Shown here: positions 1 to 8,945 of the stretch, piece after piece
How the letters are laid out: each line of letters opens with the position of its first letter
How positions within the stretch are numbered: the first letter of the stretch is position 1
NCBI GenBank assembly: GCA_027624865.1
Contig: JAQBTT010000002.1
Coordinates: 1 to 48,809 of the forward strand
Length of the DNA: 48,809 bases
DNA from: a bacterium
GTDB taxonomy: Bacteria > Patescibacteriota > Minisyncoccia > Minisyncoccales > UBA10102
Reading direction: 5' to 3'
Program-made: the position numbers and the translations under genes
Notes under the pieces: model-generated
Told to the model about the DNA's origin: nothing
The model's database searches: none
Seen by the model: only the letters and a program-made list of their open reading frames with translations

Positions 1-146
1 CCGCCATAGCGGGCTTCGGCGGGCAAAGCCCATAAGAAGTCCGCGAAGGCGGGATGTATTTCTTTCTTGCGTGTGGAACGTACAAATTATTCCATAATTT
101 TACGTTCCAACAGCGTTTAAATTTTTTCTGAAAATTTATTACGCTG

Positions 147-219
147 TGCCGACGGGAAGGATCGAACTTCCGACCTTGTCCTTATGAAGAACCTGCTCTA
201 ACCACTGAGCTACGCCGGC
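147..219 (-). tRNA. tRNA with CAT anticodon (elongator Met or Ile2)
   Basis: Reverse complement folds into a cloverleaf: GCCGGCG/CGTCGGC acceptor, GCTC/GAGC D-stem, TT-CAT-AA loop, GGAAG-TTCGATC-CTTCC T-arm. G1-C72 is paired, so not an initiator. CCA not encoded. Confidence 0.9.
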
Positions 220-306
220 ATCGCTCACTTCATTCGCTACTTTAAAACCCACCTATGGAAAATTTGGTTTCGCCAAGTTTTCATAATAAGATATCGCTTT
301 CACTTG

Positions 307-377
307 TTGCGGGGGCCGGAATTGCACCGGCGTCACAAGGTTATGGGCCTCGCATGGTACTACTCCACTACCCCGCG
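307..377 (-). tRNA. initiator-type tRNA-fMet (CAT)
   Basis: Cloverleaf CGCGGGG...CCCCGCA-A with C1:A72 mismatch; anticodon arm CGAGG-CC-CAT-AA-CCTTG; T-arm GCCGG-TGCAATT-CCGGC. Confidence 0.85.
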
Positions 378-467
378 TACCATCCATTTTTTTGGATTCC
401 ACTTGACTATATCTTACATGCAAAGATAAATCAAGACTATGTGAAGCTAAATTCTAAATTGATAGTC

Positions 468-986
468 CTATATGAGGTCAAGATTACTAAAAGTAACTTG
501 ATAGATAGTAAGCGTTCTTTGCGCCTCTTCCAAGGTTAGTCTGTAGTCAGGGTCATGTACCACATTGTTTCTCACTTGATGAGCCTCTGCTACCTCAAGT
601 AAATTTGGAACAATTGCAGGTGTTAAAATTTTTAGCTGGTCTCCCAGAGTTTCTCCGCGAAAACCCATACGAAGCAAGATACTGCTTAACATATCATCCA
701 CTTCAACTACAGCAAGCTTGTATTCTGCTTCATTCCCGCTTTCCAGGCGCAAGAGAACTTGTCGCCATCTTCGCGCCATGCGACGAAGACCGTATGGGCG
801 AAATGTAAAGAACTCGGTAAAGTCAAAAAGAAAGAGAAAATTTAGCCACATTGTCTGCGTTAGTATATATATAGAGAAGAGAACCAAAAAAATCCCAAAA
901 ATCCCAAATACCCATTGCAAGGGTGCAATGGATTGCTGAATCCCAGGATTGTTTATAACAGAAAGTAGTTCAATTAATTTCTCCAT
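468..986 (-). CDS. hypothetical membrane-anchored protein
   Basis: 172 aa ORF with N-terminal hydrophobic helix and C-terminal 'AHQVRNNVVHD' motif; co-oriented with the operon. Confidence 0.75.
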   Translation of the reverse strand: MEKLIELLSVINNPGIQQSIAPLQWVFGIFGIFLVLFSIYILTQTMWLNFLFLFDFTEFFTFRPYGLRRMARRWRQVLLRLESGNEAEYKLAVVEVDDMLSSILLRMGFRGETLGDQLKILTPAIVPNLLEVAEAHQVRNNVVHDPDYRLTLEEAQRTLTIYQVTFSNLDLI

Positions 987-1027
987 ACCTCTACATTATT
1001 ACATACATAGAAAATAAATATATCGTT

Positions 1028-2446
1028 TTACAAGTGTTCTAACATCTCCCCTACAGAAAATAGTAAGTGTTCCTGAAATGCTGGGGCTATCACATGGAGA
1101 CCAACAGGAAGATTATTAGCTGTTCCTGCAGGAAGAGAGATTGCAGGTAATCCAACTAAATTTACAGGAACAGTATAGGTGTCAACCAAATACATCTCCA
1201 TAGGACTATGAGTCTTTGCGCCAAACTCAAAGGGCAAGACTGGGGACGTTGGACCCATTATTACATCTACCTTTAAAAACGCACTATCAAAATCTTGTTT
1301 TAAAAGCGAGCGTACTTTCTGTGCCTTAACGTAGTATGCATCATAGTACCCTTCAGAAAGAGCGTACGTACCAAGCATGATTCTACGTTTTACTTCAGCT
1401 CCAAGGCCTTCTCCACGAGTGGCAAGGTATTCACTTAAAAGATTATCAGCTTCCTTGTGCATTCCGTAGCGAACTCCATCATAGCGAGCGAGATTTGCTG
1501 ATGCCTCAGACGTATTGATAATGTAGTAGGCAGCAAGGGCATATTTTGTATTGGGAAGCTCAATGTCTACTATTGTTGCCCCTGCGGATTGAAATTTTAA
1601 AATAGCATTCTCTACAACTTCCTTTACTTGAGGATCCAGCCCCTTGGCAAAGTACTCTTTTGGAACTCCAATACGCAAGCCCTCTAGGTTGTAGGTTGTA
1701 GGTTGTAGATTGTAGGTGTGATCAATAGAAGTAGAATCTAATGGGTCCTTGCCTGCAATAACATTAAATAAAATCTCGGCGTCTCTCGTGGTCTTTGCAA
1801 AAGGTCCAACTTGATCTAAAGAAGAGGCCAGAGCAATGATGCCAGCTCTTGAAACTGCCCCATATGTTGGTTTTAGTCCAACTACTCCACAAAAGGAGGC
1901 TGGCTGGCGAATAGAGCCGCCTGTGTCCTCTCCCAAAGACAGCGTAACCTCTCCTGCCGCTACCGATGCTGCAGATCCACCAGAACTGCCCCCTGGGACT
2001 CTACGTAAGTCATGTGGGTTTCTGGTAGGTCCAAAGCTAGAATTCTCTGTGGAAGCCCCCATACCAAATTCATCCATGTTGGTTTTTCCAATAATGATAG
2101 CTCCCGCCTCGCTCATTTTTTTCACTACAGTAGCATCGTATGGAGCGATGTAGTTTTCTAAAATACGTGAACCTGCAGTGCACGGCGCACCTTTCACTAA
2201 AATTGCATCTTTCAGTGAACAAGGCACACCAGAAAGAGGTAAGAGATTCTCTCCCCTGGCGATTCTCCCATCAGTCTCTTTGGCAGAGTTTCTTGCAAGA
2301 GTTGCAGTCAAATTTAAGAAAGCATGAATATCCTTTTCTTTTTCTTCTATATTTTTTAGTGCGTTTTCGGTAAGCTCCAGCGCAGAGAACTCCTTTGCTA
2401 ATAGTCCCTCCTGAATTTTTTCAATAGTGAGATTTTGGATGTCCAT
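1028..2446 (-). CDS. gatA: Glu-tRNA(Gln) amidotransferase subunit A
   Basis: Amidase signature GKTNMDEFGMG, PGGSSGGSAA, DTGGSIRQPA. Confidence 0.97.
   Translation of the reverse strand: MDIQNLTIEKIQEGLLAKEFSALELTENALKNIEEKEKDIHAFLNLTATLARNSAKETDGRIARGENLLPLSGVPCSLKDAILVKGAPCTAGSRILENYIAPYDATVVKKMSEAGAIIIGKTNMDEFGMGASTENSSFGPTRNPHDLRRVPGGSSGGSAASVAAGEVTLSLGEDTGGSIRQPASFCGVVGLKPTYGAVSRAGIIALASSLDQVGPFAKTTRDAEILFNVIAGKDPLDSTSIDHTYNLQPTTYNLEGLRIGVPKEYFAKGLDPQVKEVVENAILKFQSAGATIVDIELPNTKYALAAYYIINTSEASANLARYDGVRYGMHKEADNLLSEYLATRGEGLGAEVKRRIMLGTYALSEGYYDAYYVKAQKVRSLLKQDFDSAFLKVDVIMGPTSPVLPFEFGAKTHSPMEMYLVDTYTVPVNLVGLPAISLPAGTANNLPVGLHVIAPAFQEHLLFSVGEMLEHL
1685..1717. repeat. TAGGTTG heptamer tandem repeat inside gatA
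   Basis: taggttg x3, tagattg, taggt; same unit at 46652-46676. Confidence 0.85.
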
Positions 2447-2450
2447 GTAT

Positions 2451-2747
2451 CTATTTAAAAGAAAGGATCGTTTTTACTTTTAAAAATCCATCTGTAACAA
2501 AAGGGGCTAGTTTCATTATGGCCACGGTAATTTCAGGTTCATCTTGCACCCCAATATCTTCTCTTGCAACATTCTCTTGCACTATGGAATGAATCATTGG
2601 CTCTATATTTTCTGTATTGACGCTTTGTAAAATATCAAAATAATCCAAGACCTCAGATAAGTCTTTTTGATACACCAAAACCTCCTCATCTGTAAGCTTT
2701 AAGCGAGCAAGTGTTGCGATATGTTGTACCTGTTTTTTTTCAATCAT
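2451..2747 (-). CDS. gatC: Glu-tRNA(Gln) amidotransferase subunit C
   Basis: VQHIATLARL...DLSEVLDYFDILQSVNTE; directly upstream of gatA. Confidence 0.93.
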   Translation of the reverse strand: MIEKKQVQHIATLARLKLTDEEVLVYQKDLSEVLDYFDILQSVNTENIEPMIHSIVQENVAREDIGVQDEPEITVAIMKLAPFVTDGFLKVKTILSFK

Positions 2748-2748
2748 A

Positions 2749-3810
2749 CTAGTGTGGCGGCTCTAGTTCATCGGTCTCAATTAACACCTCATGCAAGTCG
2801 TTTAGATTCTCAAGTACCATGCCAGCTCCACGAACCACAGCTGTTAGAGGATCCTCCACCATGGATGTAGGAATTTTCGTCTCCTTTGCAATGAGGATGT
2901 CTAGTCCACGAAGCAGTGCTCCCCCACCGGAAAGATAAATACCTTTTTCCATGATATCAGCAAGAAGCTCAGGAGGAGTTTGTTCTACTGCAGACTTAAT
3001 CTCATCCACAATTTGCTTAATGGAGCGCTCCATTGCTTTTCGAATAGCTGTATCTGAAACCATTATTTCTTCAGGAAGTCCTGATACTAAATTACGCCCA
3101 CGCAAAGACATTTCCTTTTTTTCTTTAAGAGGGAAAGCAGAGCCAATACCAATCTTTATATTCTCTGCAGTACGCTCTCCAATGAGCAATTTGTATTCAT
3201 TTTGTGCAAATTTAATAATGTCATCGTTTAATTTATCCCCTGCTACTCGCAAGGACCTTGCATTTATCACTCCCCCAAGAGAGATAACGGCAACTTCAGC
3301 AGTTCCTCCTCCAATATCTACGATAAAATTTCCACCAGCTTCTTGCACTAAAAGGCGAGCTCCAATGGCAGCTGCCATAGGTTCTTCAATAAGGTACACT
3401 TCTCGAGCTCCAGCTTGCAGTGTGGCGTCACGTACTGCCTTTTTTTCTACCTCAGTTACACCAAATGGAATTCCTACAATAACTCGAGGACCAGGAGAGA
3501 ATAGAAACCTTCTTTTTGCAACTTTGTTAATAAAATACTTGAGCATTTGTTCTGTTACCTCAAAGTCAGAGATAACTCCTTTTACGAGAGGCCTGGTTGC
3601 TACGATATGAGCTGGGGTTCTTCCTACCATTTGTTTTGCTTCAGCTCCAATAGCTAGCACCTGACCAGTCTTTTGGTTTACCGCAACGACTGAAGGCTCT
3701 TGAATAACAATTCCCCTTCCTTGGACATATACCAACGAGTTTGCAGTTCCAAGATCAATTGCGATATCTTGGCCTAAATAGGAGAGTAGTTTTTGCAGTA
3801 GTTTTTTCAT
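2749..3810 (-). CDS. mreB: rod shape-determining protein MreB (paralog 1)
   Basis: IAIDLGTANS, EPSVVA, IVDIGGGT, LSGGGALL motifs. Confidence 0.95.
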   Translation of the reverse strand: MKKLLQKLLSYLGQDIAIDLGTANSLVYVQGRGIVIQEPSVVAVNQKTGQVLAIGAEAKQMVGRTPAHIVATRPLVKGVISDFEVTEQMLKYFINKVAKRRFLFSPGPRVIVGIPFGVTEVEKKAVRDATLQAGAREVYLIEEPMAAAIGARLLVQEAGGNFIVDIGGGTAEVAVISLGGVINARSLRVAGDKLNDDIIKFAQNEYKLLIGERTAENIKIGIGSAFPLKEKKEMSLRGRNLVSGLPEEIMVSDTAIRKAMERSIKQIVDEIKSAVEQTPPELLADIMEKGIYLSGGGALLRGLDILIAKETKIPTSMVEDPLTAVVRGAGMVLENLNDLHEVLIETDELEPPH

Positions 3811-5054
3811 ATGTTTGCCAGGAGAAATTTTAATGCCTCGCTTTTTTTCACATACTCTTGCCCGCGACTTCCGTCCCGCATTGAAATTTCAATGCTCCCT
3901 GTATCATGATTCTTAGCGCTTGTGATGATGCGCAAAGGAATACCCAGTAAGTCTGCATCAGCTAACTTTTCTCCGACACGTGTCTCTTCTCTATCATCGT
4001 ACAGTGCATCAATCCCATTGTCTTGAAGTTCTTTGTATACGTCTTCCCCATCCTCCTTGCCACCTGGGAGCGAAAGAATGTGCACCGCAAATGGAGCTAC
4101 TTCTTTTGGCCATATAATGCCCTTTTTGTCACGTGAAAGCTCAACAATGGTTGCCATTGCGCGTCCAGGTCCAATGCCATAGCTTCCCATAATAGGAGCT
4201 TTTGATTTTCCTTCCTCATTGGTAAATGCCAAGCCCAAGGTATCGGCAAATCGTGTTCCCAAAGGAAATATATTCCCAACCTCAATTGCGCGTTTCTCTA
4301 TGAGATTCCCCTCATTACAATTGGGGCAAGTTGATTGCTTTTCAATAATTTCTTTGTTCACTGCAATGTTACATTTTTGACATACATAAATAGTATCCTC
4401 CCCTGCCTCGCATATTGCTTGAAATTCATGGGAGTATTCAGAAAAACTCCCCCCAGAAGCATATGTTAGTAACGTATGTTCTCCAATACCTAGGCGAGAA
4501 AAAATCTTGCCATATGCTTCTTTTGATTTTTCATAAAACTCATCATGCTCCTCTTGGTTCTTTGAAAAAGAATATAAGTCTTTCATAACAAACTCACGAG
4601 TTCTTAAAAGTCCATTTTTTGCTCGAAGCTCATTTCGAAATTTTGTTTGAAATTGGTAAGGGTATAAAGGAAGATCTTTCCAGGAAGAGATGTGATGGCG
4701 CAAAAGATTCGTTATGGGTTCTTCATGTGTATTTGCCAGCCCTACCTCGGTATTGTTTTTCAATTTGGTTTTAAACCAAATATCTACCTTGTTATCATCC
4801 CAGCGCCCTGTTTTTTGCCAGGGACTTGCGTCTTGCAGTGAAGCAAGCAAAAGCTCTTGACCCCCAATAGCATTCATTTCTTCACGAATAATCCCAATAA
4901 TCTTGTTTAACACCAAAAGACCCAAAGGCAGGAATGAATATACCCCTGCCATTTCTTTGTGTATGAATCCAGCCTGCATCAGAAGCTGGGCATTTATGCC
5001 ATCTTCTTTTGGAGGTGTTTTTTGAGTTTTAGTAAATAACTGAGACTGTCGCAT
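3807..5054 (-). CDS. proS: prolyl-tRNA synthetase (short form)
   Basis: MRQSQLF, THEE, KFRNELR, REFVMKDLYSF, IEVGNIF, MGSYGIG. Confidence 0.95.
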   Translation of the reverse strand: MRQSQLFTKTQKTPPKEDGINAQLLMQAGFIHKEMAGVYSFLPLGLLVLNKIIGIIREEMNAIGGQELLLASLQDASPWQKTGRWDDNKVDIWFKTKLKNNTEVGLANTHEEPITNLLRHHISSWKDLPLYPYQFQTKFRNELRAKNGLLRTREFVMKDLYSFSKNQEEHDEFYEKSKEAYGKIFSRLGIGEHTLLTYASGGSFSEYSHEFQAICEAGEDTIYVCQKCNIAVNKEIIEKQSTCPNCNEGNLIEKRAIEVGNIFPLGTRFADTLGLAFTNEEGKSKAPIMGSYGIGPGRAMATIVELSRDKKGIIWPKEVAPFAVHILSLPGGKEDGEDVYKELQDNGIDALYDDREETRVGEKLADADLLGIPLRIITSAKNHDTGSIEISMRDGSRGQEYVKKSEALKFLLANI

Positions 5055-5055
5055 A

Positions 5056-5354
5056 CCCCGTAAAGCAAAACCGATTCAAGAAGACCTGTAGCGCCGTAAG
5101 CGTTGGGCAAGGTATCTTCTTCCTGCCGTGGACTTTAAGTAGCACTCACGCTGTTTAGCGTATTCTTGATTTAGGCTTGCCTCTAAATAAATTGTTTTAA
5201 ATGGTCTTCTAAATTTTGTTGAAAAATTATAGCCCCGCTTATGTTCTTCCAATCTCCGGTTCAGGTTTTCCGTATATCCTGTGTATGTATCTCCATCCTT
5301 TATACTTTCTAGCACATAGACCCAGAAGAACATAATCGGTTTTGCCTTACGGGG
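5056..5354. mobile_element. 299-bp TIR element carrying a GIY-YIG nuclease, inserted at the proS start codon
   Basis: 21-bp terminal inverted repeats (5056-5076 and 5334-5354, 20/21 match) flanked by CATA direct repeats (5052-5055, 5355-5358). Confidence 0.85.
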
Positions 5355-5357
5355 CAT
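5076..5357 (-). CDS. small GIY-YIG nuclease family protein
   Basis: WVYVLES...TYTGYTENLNRRLEEH...STK.RRP...YLE...AKQRECYLKS pattern of single-domain GIY-YIG proteins; starts at 5357 or at the internal ATG 5333. Confidence 0.9.
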   Translation of the reverse strand: MPRKAKPIMFFWVYVLESIKDGDTYTGYTENLNRRLEEHKRGYNFSTKFRRPFKTIYLEASLNQEYAKQRECYLKSTAGRRYLAQRLRRYRSS

Positions 5358-5387
5358 ATCCTTTACTATGCAGAATTTTCTCTAATA

Positions 5388-6476
5388 CTAGAATATCCTA
5401 ATAACATCTTTTATGGTAACCCAGATCATCATTGATATTAACAGGACAAACACTATTGCAGAAAGTCTCTTTTCAAAAGTTTCTGAAATAGGCTTTTTGC
5501 GTATTGCTTCTATTGTTAAAAATAGCAATTTCCCGCCATCAACCACAGGGATAGGAAGAGCGTTGAAGATAGCAAGGTACACTGCAAGAACAGCAAGGAA
5601 AGAAAGGAAGTGAGGCACTCCAAGTGATAGAGAGTTTGTTAAAAGATGAACAATGCCAACTGGACCTGTAAATTCAACTCCTGCCGGCACGCCCCTACCA
5701 GATACAAGGTTTACAGCAAGGCCTCCAAGACCACCTATAATTTCTCCAGTAAGTTTTCCTGTTCTAATTACCCCTTGCACGGGAGCCTCAAGTAGTGTGT
5801 ATTTCACAAATGCAGTTCGCACAAGAGCAACTCCCATAGATCCTTCCCCGTCGGGTGGATCTATTCTTGGCATTAACGTAACCTCACTAATTTCATCCCC
5901 TCGCTTAAGAGTAATAATGATTTCTTCTCCTACTACCTTATCGGTGAAGGATTGCACCTCCCCAACTTTTGTTGGGAAAGCAAATGCTCCAGAGGTAGAG
6001 CTCACCATTTTTACAATGCTGTCTCCAAGCTCAATGCCAGCTATTTTCGCCGGAGAGTCCTTTGCTACACCAAGAATTTGTACTTGAGGATTTATTACTC
6101 CTGCAGTTTCTTCATCTCCAATTCCCGTTGGAATACCACTGGTAGCGCCAAGCCCAGTAAAGATAATGACGGCCACAAGCCAAAAGGCCACAACACCAGC
6201 TGCAACGATAACCATTCTTTGCCATATGGGTTTTGCAGAAAAGCTTCGGGGACCGGGGATAGCTTGTTCCTCTCCTTCAAGGCGTACAAAGGCACCTAGC
6301 GGAAGTAAGTTGATAGAATAAATAGTCTCCCCTATCTTTTTCCCAATCAGGCGAGGGGGAAGTCCAATACCAAACTCTTCAACTTTTACCCCATACTTTT
6401 TTGCAAAAAGATAGTGGCCCAGTTCATGCAGGATAACCAAAATAAGAAAGCTTGCGATAACGATAATAAGTGTCAT
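5388..6476 (-). CDS. rseP: RIP metalloprotease RseP (M50 with PDZ domain)
   Basis: HELGH motif, PDZ-like region, NALPIPVVDGG. Confidence 0.92.
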   Translation of the reverse strand: MTLIIVIASFLILVILHELGHYLFAKKYGVKVEEFGIGLPPRLIGKKIGETIYSINLLPLGAFVRLEGEEQAIPGPRSFSAKPIWQRMVIVAAGVVAFWLVAVIIFTGLGATSGIPTGIGDEETAGVINPQVQILGVAKDSPAKIAGIELGDSIVKMVSSTSGAFAFPTKVGEVQSFTDKVVGEEIIITLKRGDEISEVTLMPRIDPPDGEGSMGVALVRTAFVKYTLLEAPVQGVIRTGKLTGEIIGGLGGLAVNLVSGRGVPAGVEFTGPVGIVHLLTNSLSLGVPHFLSFLAVLAVYLAIFNALPIPVVDGGKLLFLTIEAIRKKPISETFEKRLSAIVFVLLISMMIWVTIKDVIRIF

Positions 6477-6559
6477 AATTTCTAATTTTTAATTTAAAAA
6501 CAATTTCTAATTTAAAATTTAAAATTTATCATTGTTTTTGAATTTGAAATTTATCATTT
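6477..6559. repeat. AT-rich heptamer-repeat quasi-palindrome
   Basis: Shares tttttaatttaaaaacaatt and ttgtttttgaatttgaaatttatcattt with 47325-47430. Confidence 0.75.
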
Positions 6560-6565
6560 GTTTTT

Positions 6566-7120
6566 TTATAGTTCAATCTCTACCTTCTTCTTTTCAACTA
6601 ACTCATCCACCTGTTTTGTATAGCTATCAATTAACACTTGCAGTTCTTCTTTCCCCTTAAACTTATCATCTTCACTAATATCCCCTTTCCTTGCGTCCTC
6701 TTGAATCTCTCTCCACCCTTCATCTCTCCATTTTCTTGCAGTTTGTTTTGTTTGTTCTGCCTTTTCAGCTAAAATGTGAAATAGAGTTTGACGATATTCT
6801 TGCGTTAGTGTTGGCAGGGTAATACGCAATACCTTTCCTTCAACAACAGGAGAAATCCCAAGAGACTCTTTTAAGAGAGCTTTTTCTATAGGACCTATGG
6901 AAGCAGGATCCCAGGGAGAGATAAGAATTTGTCTTCTTTCGGGAGATGAAATTCCAGCTAGTTGTTTAATAGAAAGCATCTGCTCATGCATAGTAACCAT
7001 AACATCCTCCACAAGAGCAGGGCTTGCTTGACCCGTTCGAATTTTAGCTAGTTCATGACGAAAAAACTCTATTGTCTTTTCCAGCTCCGGCTTTATACGC
7101 AAAAGTGTTTGTTTAACCAT
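6566..7120 (-). CDS. frr: ribosome recycling factor
   Basis: LAKIRTGQASPALVE, ISPWD, IEKAL, ISEDDKF. Confidence 0.95.
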   Translation of the reverse strand: MVKQTLLRIKPELEKTIEFFRHELAKIRTGQASPALVEDVMVTMHEQMLSIKQLAGISSPERRQILISPWDPASIGPIEKALLKESLGISPVVEGKVLRITLPTLTQEYRQTLFHILAEKAEQTKQTARKWRDEGWREIQEDARKGDISEDDKFKGKEELQVLIDSYTKQVDELVEKKKVEIEL

Positions 7121-7122
7121 AA

Positions 7123-7836
7123 TTATAGTTCAATTAAAATACGTTCCATTGCAAAGCGTCCATTTATTGTAGTTTGACGAAGCGCGATAAGAACTTCTTG
7201 AAATATGTAAAGGATGCGAAGGGTGGAAGTTACGCCTTGCCCAAGTTCCTTTAGAAACTGCAGGCGAAGTTCTCTTTGTAAATTCAGTAATGTTTTTTGC
7301 AAGATTTTTTGATCTTGACTTACGCGCTCTGCAAAGGCAAACCGCTCTGCAATAGAAGAAGCTGTAAGTTTTGCAAGGAGACTTGCATCGCTCCTTTTTG
7401 GTTCGCCAAATGTATACATTTTTAATTCTTGAGCGCGAGAGCAAATTGTATCAAGCAGGAGAGCTGGATGAGAAACCTGCAACAAAAGCAGCACATTGCC
7501 TCTTGGCTCTTCTAAAAGTTTTAAGAATGCGGACTGCGCCTCTTGATTCATTGTATCTGCAAGCTCAATAATTCCTATTTTATATAAAGTACCCCAAGCA
7601 CTCAAGCTCAATTGTTTCTTTAGTGCACGTATCTGTCCTATGGTAATTTCATCTTTCTCAGGACGTATTCTTACTGTGTTGGCAAGAGTTTTTGATGGAT
7701 CTTCACCAAGAAGAAAGGTTGTAAAGTTTTGAACAAGCTTTTCTTTTCCTGCGTTATCATTTCCTGAAAGAAGGTACGCATGCGAAAGCTTCCCTTTCTC
7801 ATATGCCCCTGTAAGTAGCGCTAAATAGTCTATCAT
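7123..7836 (-). CDS. holB: DNA polymerase III delta' subunit-like protein
   Basis: SHAYLLSG, ITIGQIR, ADTMNQEAQSAFLKLLEEP, TICSR. Confidence 0.8.
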   Translation of the reverse strand: MIDYLALLTGAYEKGKLSHAYLLSGNDNAGKEKLVQNFTTFLLGEDPSKTLANTVRIRPEKDEITIGQIRALKKQLSLSAWGTLYKIGIIELADTMNQEAQSAFLKLLEEPRGNVLLLLQVSHPALLLDTICSRAQELKMYTFGEPKRSDASLLAKLTASSIAERFAFAERVSQDQKILQKTLLNLQRELRLQFLKELGQGVTSTLRILYIFQEVLIALRQTTINGRFAMERILIEL

Positions 7837-8840
7837 TTCTTTGTCATAATACTCTTTTTATACACATCCAAATTGTCCAAGACAACCCCAGCTCCTCTGG
7901 CAACACACGTTAAAGCATCTTCTGCAATGAAGCATGGCACACCAGTTGTTTGGGAAATAAGTTGATCAATATTTTTCAGTAGAGCTCCACCACCAGAAAT
8001 AATCATTCCTTTGTCCATGATGTCAGCTGAGAGTTCAGGAGGAGTTTCGCGAAGCTGAGCCTTAATTGTTGCTACAATTTCTTGCAAAGGCTCTTGCAGT
8101 GTCTCTGAGATTTCAGTAGAGGTGAGTTTAATATTTTTTGGAAGTCCTGCTACCAAGTCCCTCCCTCGGATTTCAATCATTGCCTCTTGCTTCAAAGGAG
8201 TTGCGCACCCAACTTTTTTCTTAATTTCCTCTGCAGTATTCTCTCCAATTGCAACATTGTATTTAGTTTTTACATAGTCTGAGATTGCCTGATCCATTTT
8301 ATCTCCCGCTACCCGAAGGGAAGTTGCGCTCACAATGCCTCCAAGAGAAATCACTGCAACCTCAGTGGTCCCTCCTCCAATATCCACAATCATATGACCC
8401 GAGGTTGAGTTAATGGGGATTCCAGCTCCAATAGCAGCTAAGATAGGCTCCTTTGCAACGTATGCCGCTCGTGCTCCAGCTTTCGTTGTAGCTTCAACTA
8501 CAGCTCTTTTCTCAGTAGAGGTGATACCAGCGGGAACAGAGACCAATACTTCTGGCTTAAAGAATTGATATCGTGGGATAGCTCTTTTAATAAAGTATCG
8601 AAGCATAGCTAGGGTAACTCTATAGTCTGCGATAACACCATCGCGCATAGGGCGATACACACGAATGGTATCGGGAGTTCTTCCGGTCATTTCTTTTGCA
8701 GCCTCCCCTACCGCCAAAATGCTATTATCCAGTAATGAAACTGCAACTACTGAGGGCTCATCTAGTACAATGCCTTTTTTTGGCACAAAAACCAGAGAGT
8801 TTTTAGTCCCAAGATCAATACCAATTTTGCTGACGAACAT
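7833..8840 (-). CDS. mreB: rod shape-determining protein MreB (paralog 2)
   Basis: IGIDLGT, DEPSVVA, IVDIGGGTTEVAVISLGG. Confidence 0.95.
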   Translation of the reverse strand: MFVSKIGIDLGTKNSLVFVPKKGIVLDEPSVVAVSLLDNSILAVGEAAKEMTGRTPDTIRVYRPMRDGVIADYRVTLAMLRYFIKRAIPRYQFFKPEVLVSVPAGITSTEKRAVVEATTKAGARAAYVAKEPILAAIGAGIPINSTSGHMIVDIGGGTTEVAVISLGGIVSATSLRVAGDKMDQAISDYVKTKYNVAIGENTAEEIKKKVGCATPLKQEAMIEIRGRDLVAGLPKNIKLTSTEISETLQEPLQEIVATIKAQLRETPPELSADIMDKGMIISGGGALLKNIDQLISQTTGVPCFIAEDALTCVARGAGVVLDNLDVYKKSIMTKK

Positions 8841-8870
8841 AATAATGAATAATTATTTTGTAAGGAAGCA

Positions 8871-8935
8871 ACCCCGCCCTCTATGCCATTTAAACTGTGA
8901 TTTTTCTCTTACTTAAACAGCTTAGAGGGCGGGGT
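8871..8935. repeat. family B hairpin element (ACCCCGCCCTCT...AGAGGGCGGGGT), copy 1
   Basis: 13-bp perfect inverted repeat; loop similar to the copy at 36195-36260. Confidence 0.85.
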
Positions 8936-8945
8936 AACTCGGATA

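Noticed and set aside
2749..8840. Two mreB paralogs as a novelty
   Set aside because: Multiple MreB paralogs are common in bacteria.
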